DNA from: a virus
Taxonomy: Duplodnaviria > Caudoviricetes
DNA length: 64,000 nt
Direction: 5' to 3' (one strand)
IMG/VR virus record: IMGVR_UViG_2811995254_000001
Coordinates: 11,803 to 75,802 of that record
The notes beneath the pieces were generated by a model. The model was not told the DNA's origin, did not search any database, and saw only the letters and a list, made by a program, of their open reading frames with translations. Positions within the stretch are counted from its first letter, which is position 1. Each line of letters starts with the position of its first letter. Shown here one piece after another: positions 30,252 to 38,500 of the stretch. A program made the translations under genes and the position numbers.

Positions 30252-30329
30252 ATAGTTTTCATCTATCGAAATATAAATTACAATAGATTTTATTTATTAT
30301 CTTTGAGTAAAGTGATAACTAAAATCTAT
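30252..30329 (+). promoter_or_regulatory. Late promoter TATCTTTG with three ATAR-N7-YTAT boxes
   Basis: -7 box at 30298-30305; boxes at 30252-30266, 30283-30297 and 30315-30329. Confidence 0.7.
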
Positions 30330-30334
30330 TTTTT

Positions 30335-31108
30335 ATGGCAGCAGCGATTACAAGTGCGGCACTGGGTGTTGCAGTAGCAGGAGCTTCAATCTATCAAGGA
30401 GAACAGCAAAAAAAGAAAGCAAAAGCAGAACTTAATGCTTATGAACGACAAGAACTTAATAATTCTCTTGAGAATGTAGGTATCTCAACAGTTGGGACTG
30501 ATTTAATGAGGGAAGAAGCTCAACGAACCACTGCTAATATCGTTGATGCTTTACAAGGCGGAGGAAGTAGAGGTTTAGCCTTGTTACCAGCTGTACAAGC
30601 CAATACTAACCAAGTTAATCGACAGATTCAAAAAGATATTGATGACCAGATCATCCAACGAGAATACGCAATCGCTGGAGAAGATTCTCGTATTATGGGA
30701 ATCAAAGAACAACGAGATAATCAAAATATTGCTGCTCTTGGAAGTCAATATATGGCTGGAGAGCAAAACACCTGGAATGGAATAAATGGAGCGATTGCGG
30801 CGGCTGGTTCATTAGGTAGTGCTATTGGTTCAAGTCCTAATACTAGTCCAACCCCACAGTCGGCCAATGAAATTCCTACACCGCAATCAAGAACTAACAT
30901 GTCTCTAGCAGGTTCTATTTCACATCCTAGTTTTCAATCATTATCCCCAATGACAAATAGCAGTGGACGAAGAATGGAAACTTCATTATCTAATTCAATA
31001 ACTCCTTCTTACATGGGTTATGATCCTTTCTTCAACACAAGGTTCCAACTTTCTCCAATAGTTCCTTTTACCACTGAAAATAATATGAATTATAAAATTA
31101 ATGTATAG
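30335..31108 (+). CDS. Ejection/internal virion protein 1
   Basis: Ala/Gly-rich hydrophobic N-terminus, Gln-rich helices, follows the GNAT. Confidence 0.7.
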   Translation: MAAAITSAALGVAVAGASIYQGEQQKKKAKAELNAYERQELNNSLENVGISTVGTDLMREEAQRTTANIVDALQGGGSRGLALLPAVQANTNQVNRQIQKDIDDQIIQREYAIAGEDSRIMGIKEQRDNQNIAALGSQYMAGEQNTWNGINGAIAAAGSLGSAIGSSPNTSPTPQSANEIPTPQSRTNMSLAGSISHPSFQSLSPMTNSSGRRMETSLSNSITPSYMGYDPFFNTRFQLSPIVPFTTENNMNYKINV

Positions 31109-31110
31109 TT

Positions 31111-32553
31111 ATGGCAGGAAATCATACTAGCGTTTATGCTCCATCACAAGCTTCTGGTTTTAATCTTGCTGATACTATTGGTCAACAAGAAAGATTAAGC
31201 CTAGCACGTAAGGACCAACAAATGCGTGAACAACAACTAGAAGAACATCGTCGAGATAAACAACTTGTTCGTGATGAAAAACTTCGCGAACGTCTTTTAA
31301 AAAGCATACAAAACTATGATACTGGTTCTGCTTCATTAAACGAACTACAAGGGCGTATGATTATGCAGGCTGTTAACCGTAAAGGGGAAATATACAATCA
31401 GCTACGCAAGGGGAATTTGAGTGATTCAGAAAGGATTAAACTCGAAATGGAGAACATGAACTTAGATAATCTTCCTTCAAACCTAAAAGTGGCTACTCAA
31501 AATTTCACTAAAATGAATCAAGACTACATGGAAGGAGTGAAAAAAGGCTCTCTTTTCAGAAACCTTGACTTTGAAAAAAAGGTATTGAATGGTTTTGAAA
31601 ACTATTTGGGTGGCATAGACGAAAACGGATTTCCGTTAGTTGGTTTTAAAGATATAGACGGTGATGGTAAAATAGATCTAATGCCATGGGATAATTTAAA
31701 AGACGGTATTGGTGTTTGGGAGTTTCAACCTAAAATGGATTATGACAAAATGATTACTGAGATGTCGGAAGGATTGGGAACTGTAAAAACTAAAGACCGA
31801 GAAGGTTATGATATCATAACTGAAAAAGGAATTCCTCTTGATGTGGCTCAATCTTCCGCCCAATCCATGATGTATGATTCAAATGGATACTTAACAAACT
31901 TCGCAAAATCAAGACTTACAGAGCTTGGCTATGATTATAGAAACCCCAACGAAGAAACTTTAAAAGGTATAGAACGAGATGTAGCTGAAAGAATTCTTAA
32001 TTCAAAGGACCGAGAAAGTTTACGTGAACGCGATACAACTTCAGAGCAAGGAGCGCTGAATCGTGCTCAACGTGAAAGAATTCACCAAGACAATAAAACA
32101 AAGGAAACTAATACAGGTATCGGAGAAGCAGTTGAGCCAACAACAAATACTTGGGGAAATCATTACAAAGAAATTGCACCTGGCGCAATGAGTGTTCCTA
32201 TTGATGGTAAAGTGAAGTTGGAAGCAATCGATTTAAAGACTGGAGATAATACTAAAACATTATCTAATGTAAGTATTGATAATTATACTTATTCAAAAGA
32301 TGGAAGAATGATTGTGACTGGAAGTTATCCTGAAGGAAAAACTACAGTAAATCTTGGTAATTATGGAGAAGGAGGTAAAAGCACTTCCACTGAAAACAAA
32401 AAAATGAAAACCATTGTTTCAAAAGAAACAGAAAGCCGAATAGCAAAGATGCTTAATGCTACTACTGAGGAATTAAAGCAGCGCGCGAACTACACTAAAC
32501 AAAATATGTCAACCAAAGAATTGCCCGATTTTAATGAACTACCTGATTTATAA
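31111..32553 (+). CDS. Ejection/internal virion protein 2
   Basis: Helical, positioned between ejection protein 1 and the giant protein. Confidence 0.65.
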   Translation: MAGNHTSVYAPSQASGFNLADTIGQQERLSLARKDQQMREQQLEEHRRDKQLVRDEKLRERLLKSIQNYDTGSASLNELQGRMIMQAVNRKGEIYNQLRKGNLSDSERIKLEMENMNLDNLPSNLKVATQNFTKMNQDYMEGVKKGSLFRNLDFEKKVLNGFENYLGGIDENGFPLVGFKDIDGDGKIDLMPWDNLKDGIGVWEFQPKMDYDKMITEMSEGLGTVKTKDREGYDIITEKGIPLDVAQSSAQSMMYDSNGYLTNFAKSRLTELGYDYRNPNEETLKGIERDVAERILNSKDRESLRERDTTSEQGALNRAQRERIHQDNKTKETNTGIGEAVEPTTNTWGNHYKEIAPGAMSVPIDGKVKLEAIDLKTGDNTKTLSNVSIDNYTYSKDGRMIVTGSYPEGKTTVNLGNYGEGGKSTSTENKKMKTIVSKETESRIAKMLNATTEELKQRANYTKQNMSTKELPDFNELPDL

Positions 32554-32556
32554 TCG

Positions 32557-35500
32557 ATGGATAATAAAAAATACAGTTATAACGGAAAAGAATACTCCTA
32601 TTCAGATTTACAATCAAAATATGGAGATAAAACAGATCAAGCTATTTCTAAGTTTGGCTTTAAAGAAGTAATTCCTGAGCCAAAATACACATTTAATGGT
32701 AAGGAATATTCTCGTTCACAACTACAAGACAAATATGGAGATAGGACTGATGAGGCTATTTCTAAATTTGGATTTGAACAAGTAGGTTCAAAAAAAAAAG
32801 ACATTTCCGCTTCTTCTACTCCTCAGCAAAGTTTGGAATCCAATTCAGGCAATGGTTCTTCGGTTTCTCAAAACAATAAAGTAATTAATCAAAGTAATTC
32901 AAAAATAACGAAGCTGGCTCAAGACACTGAGTCAGCTAAAGTTGTTTCTAATGAAAAAATAAAGGAGATTACACAATCAGTTGATGATGAAATAAATCAA
33001 GTAGGGATTATAAATAATACCAAGGCTTATGCAAAAAAGGGGTTTAATAAATTAATTGATGGAATATTAACTATTACTCCCTTACATGATTCTGAAAGAG
33101 TCGCATTTAAAAATAGATTTGGTTTAGAAGAAAGTCCTTTATCTGATGAGCTCAAAGAAATAAAAAAACAAGAACAAGACGAAATTATCTTAGCCAAAAA
33201 AGAAAATAGACCTGCTCGAACATTAACTGATGAAGAGAGAATATCTAAAGCTAGACAGTTAAAAATAGATAAGAGAATAAAGTCTGAATCTGATAGTCAG
33301 GTTAGAGCATTTATGAAAGATGCAGAAAACAACATTGATGAATATGGAGTAAGTGACAAAGATAAATTACTTATTTACAATAAAAGTAAGGAGCAATCTA
33401 TTTCGTATAAGGATAAAGACCTATTAAAAAGGGCAGATCTATTTAGTAAAGTAGTCTTAAACACTGAAAATGAAATAAAAGAAGTGCGTGATTCTTTTAG
33501 AAATGGAAAAATGACTAAAGATGAGGCACAAAGCAAATTAGACTTCTTAAATAGAAGAAGAAACAACTCCATAGCAGAGGGTATTAGAAATCTAGAAGAA
33601 TTTAATAGTAAAGATGATGAATTAGGTACTGTTAAGGATAATATTGATCTACTCAAAAGAAATTACAATTGGATAACTAATATCACAAGAAGTGTTGATG
33701 CTGGAGTAGATAAAATGGCATCAGGAATTATTGACTCTGGACGTTGGTTAAATGAAATTGTAGGCCAAGATCAATATTCTGCGGACAACATCATGTTTAT
33801 GTCTATGTCTAATGATTTTAAAAAATCATATCAGGCAAAAACAGAAAGTTTAATGAAACCTATATCTGTTGATGATATTGACTTTGATAGCGAACATCTT
33901 TTATCTGATTTTGGTAGTTATGCTTCGACTTTATTAGGACAACAACTTCCTATAATGGCAGCCGTTCTTACGGGAGCACCTGGTATAGCTTCTTTAGGAT
34001 TTTCTTCCGCTGGGGAAAAATATGATGAAATGATAATGGAAGAGGCAAAAGGCGAAGAAAACTATAGCCATACACAAAAAACATTTGCCCCATTAGGTTA
34101 TGGTTTATCAGAAACGGGATCTGCATTAATAGATCGTATGATTATGATGAATACCTCTAGAGTGATTAGAGCGGCAACATCATTAGAGAAAAAAGAGATT
34201 GCTAAAGGGTTTGCTAAGAATGTTTTTATAAAACCAACTCTTCATACATTAAAAAGTACAGCTATTGAAGGACTTGAAGAGGGGGCAACAGAAATTGCTC
34301 AAAATCTTATTGATATTTATTTTCTAGATAAAAAAGATGTTGATGTTTATGACAATGTAAAAGACGCAGTAGTTGCTGGAGGACTAATGGGAGGAGCTAT
34401 GTCTTCACCTGCATTAGTATTCTCTCCATATGGGAGTATTAGAAATTCAATTGAAAGATTTTCGACTGAACAAAATTTAAGACAGGCACAAAACATAGTT
34501 TTTAAACTTAGTGAAGCTCTGAATAGTGATAATATATCTGAAACAGAATTTGGAATTATTAAAGACCAATTCGATAAAGCTACAATTAAAACTATTGATA
34601 TTGCAAAAACAGAAGCTAGTAAAATAGCTCAATTATCCAATGATGAATTTAATGCAATAAATGAAATTGAACGAGGTAAAAAAGAAATTAAATCAAAAGC
34701 TCAAGAGATCCTAGATGGAGAATTAAGTCAAGAATTGAAAGATGAAGTTTTAAAGGGATTAAAAGATGAATATTCTACACTAGAAAACCAACGTATAGGT
34801 ATTTTAAACAGAGATTCTAACGCTTTACTTAATCTACTTCCACAAGAAGAAGTTATTCGCTTAAAAGACGAAGCAAGTAGAGAATTGATGCAAGAGAAAA
34901 ATCCTGATGGTACCAAAAACATTACCATTGAGGATAAAGAAATTTCTGAACGTGCTTTAGAAAATTACATAAAACAAAGTTTACCAAATGAAACAGTACA
35001 AACAGAAGATATTGTTGATGATGGAAACATTCGACCTTCAAATGAACAGTTGGACTCAGTACAAGGAGAATTTGAGAACGGGAAGAAAGGAGATAATCAA
35101 ACACAAGAGATACAATACACCGAAACAGCTGAACGACCTCAAGTAATCAAAGCTTCTGATAATGGTCGAGAATACACCATTTCAAATGAAGAGGGCAGAA
35201 TAGTGTTTAAAGACAGAGATGGTAATACCCCAAGTAAAAGAACATCAAATAGACTTGCTTTAGAGTATGCTAAACAAACTAACTTAACAGAAGGCAAACG
35301 TGCCCATGAAGTTGAAGGCGTTATTGATAGTAGCGAATTAGCTAATATGACAGTTAAGGAAGCAAATAAATTCATTGCAGAAAAGTCTGAAAGTCCAATT
35401 GAAATTGCTGAAACTATCCTTGGTAATGAGATTGAAGATTATAGAAATGGAGTTGATTATAAGCAAAAGGTGATTGCAGAAAACCTAGGCCATGTTAGTC

Positions 35501-38500
35501 GTGAAAGTTTTATCCAAAACTCTGACGAGGTACATGCAAAAGAAGGAGGAAGTATTCCCATTCAGTACCTACGTAAAGATGGAACTCCACTAGATACTAA
35601 AGCAAAAGAACTAAGCGAAATCGCAGGAATTGAAATTACAGAACAAGATATTGTCGATTTTATTCTTGAAAATCCAACCGGTTCTCAAACATTTTTGAAC
35701 AATGGTTTCCATTCTGATATTAATTCGTTAAAAGCAAGATTTGAAGAGTTAACAGGACTTCCTGCAACTAATGAAGTTATTCAGGAAATTGTAAATCAGA
35801 ATGAAAGAAAACTACAACTTCAAGAACAAATGACTTCTATAGATTTTATGTCTGATGAAGAATTACTACATTTACTTAATCAAAGAGAACAATATGAGCA
35901 AGAAACAGCTAACGCCAGCACAAAGGGAGTACGTGAAATTGCAGATAGCAAAAACAATGAAGGAGAATCCAGAGTACAACAAGATGGTTCAAGAGAGAAT
36001 CAAGGAACTGAAAGCTCAGGAAGCCGAGAAGCCGAAGGAGAACGAGTAAACCTACCAAAGTCCACTTTCAATAAACTAGTACAAACGTTCCAAAAATTCT
36101 TTGGAGCAGGAAATGTACATAGTGATTCTAACAAACTTGCCAAAGTATTAGGACAAGATCCTAATAGTGTATTTTTCCAAAAACAATGGGAAGGGATTAA
36201 TGATACATTTAATTCTGAGTTAGAACAACTTCAAAAAGGTACCTTGCCTAAAGGTCATATCTTCCAATTAGGCTCACCTACTAGAATACTTCAAGCAGCA
36301 GGTATTCCTAACTTACCTATTGAATTAGCTGCAAGTAGATTGAAAGATAAGTCTAAACAAGATAATCACCCTTTTGAATTATCAGATATTAAGGATTTGG
36401 CAATTGCAGTTCAAAATCCCCTAGCTGTATTTGATAGTTCTACTCAACTTGGAAGTTTTGTAGTACTTACAGAATTAACTCATAACGGAAAAAATTTCAT
36501 TGCTGCTATTGAAGCTAATAAGAAAAAAGAGCTTATTGAGATCAATGACATTAGAAGTGTATATCCAAGAAATAATATGCAGATTGTATCAGCAATAAAC
36601 GATAACCTAACAAGGTACGCTGATAAACAAAAAATGAGAGAATGGTTCTCTAAACAGCGGTTCAATTCCGCTGAGGTTAAAGGCTTATTCTCTCGTGCTT
36701 CAAATTTAGTACAAAAATTTGAGAATCCAAAAGTTAATGATGTTGATTTTCAGGTTGATTACAAAAAGTTAGCATCTGATAATAAATACACTCAACCAAA
36801 AGTACCAACTCAAAACATTTTCTTTAATGATGTAGAAGTATTAAATAGAGAAACAGAAAATATGGTAGGTAAATTGGTGGATGAAGGCAAAAATGTTTCT
36901 GTTCAATCTGTTGATGTGGTTAATATTATACCTACTCAAAAAAATGTAAACATCAATAATTTAAAAGAGGTCCAAGATGTAAGAGATCGACCATTATTAT
37001 TTAAACAAGGTGATAAGTATTATGTAATTGATGGACACCACAGAATCTCTAATGAAATTCTAGAAGGTGAGAAAAAAGTGGAAGCGGATGTATATGATGC
37101 AGATGTTCAATTTATGCAAACTCCTGATGGAACCATTTGGGGAGCAACCTTTTTGAATGAGCAAGGACAGCGCGAAATCTACATCAATGAATCAGCGTTA
37201 AGCCCTGAAACCTTATTGCATGAAGTTTATCACCCATTTGATGACATGATGAAACAGGCGTCAGAAAATAGTGATGTACACGCTCTAGTCGCTATTGGTA
37301 GACTTGATAAACTAGCAAAAGAAAATGGGTATTTAGAAGCCGTTCAAAGCAATCCTAACTACGCGAATAAGCCATTAGAACAACAACAAGCCGAAGCTAG
37401 AGTTCAAATGATTGGCGAAATCGGGAATAAACAATTAGATAAGTCTTTCTACGAAAAATTAGAAGCAGCCGTTATCGATGCTATTGAATGGTTAGCCAAA
37501 CAGTTTGGAGTATCGCTTAAAAATTATTCTCCTGAGCAAATTATCAATCTAAAACTTGAAGATATTGTAAAAGCGAGTTTGGCCAGTGCTCAAAAAGGAG
37601 AGTTTGAAACTAAAAACACTTCTCCTGTTAAGATAAAAGATAATATAATGTCCGAATTAGAAAGCGGTAAAATAAATATAGATGATGCTATATCTAGAGA
37701 ATCGGAAATATTAAGTAACTATAATGATGTTTATGGAAAAGACAGTAATCAAGTTTCTGAACAAAAGAAAGTTGTTGAATCTCTTAAACAATTTAAATCA
37801 GAATCAAGTAAACCTAGGGTGCAATTTTCTATAAGTTCTAAAGTGAAAGATTCTTTTGATAAGTTAAATAACAAAATAAATAAAAGTATAGGGCGTGATT
37901 TAACCTTATCATTAGAGAGTTCAACAAAGGCAAATAATGAAGTTATTTCAAAAGTAAAAAGATTATGGAATAACACATTTAAAAGCAGTGCTGGTCTAAG
38001 TTCTTTTAATAAACAAAATGTTGATTTTTTTGAAATTATTAAAGGGTTAGAAAGAAGTGAATCTAGTGTTATAGATGGTCTAAAATATGAAACAAAACAA
38101 TTTAAACTGATACTTAGTAAAATAGGAAATAAAGACACATTAAAAGTTAAAAACGCAAAATTAAGATTGGTAAATGACTATATGTCTGGAATGGATGTAG
38201 ATCTATCTTTTCTTGATGCAGAAACTATTTCTCAAATAGATTTTTTCAGATCTAGAATAGATAATCTATCTAATAATATTATAGGAGTATTGCTGAATAA
38301 AGCTTCGAAATTAGAAGATAGTTTATCAAAACAAAAAGAAAACTCTTTAACTTCTGATAGAATAAAAGAATCTATTATCAATGTCTATAAAGTCATTGAA
38401 AAAATAGAAGATAATAAAGGTAAATACATTACTCGTTCATATCAAGCCTTCCTAGATAACAAATATATAGATAGGCTTACTGTTTCTAGATCGAATATGA

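Noticed and set aside
33870-33895. DIDFD as a virion RNA polymerase catalytic motif
   Set aside because: Wrong order and context for a DFDxD double-psi-barrel motif; lies in a helical region before the hydrophobic segment
34988-35146. Second overprinted ORF in the giant gene
   Set aside because: Open alternative frame, but less protein-like than 35894-36049; insufficient support
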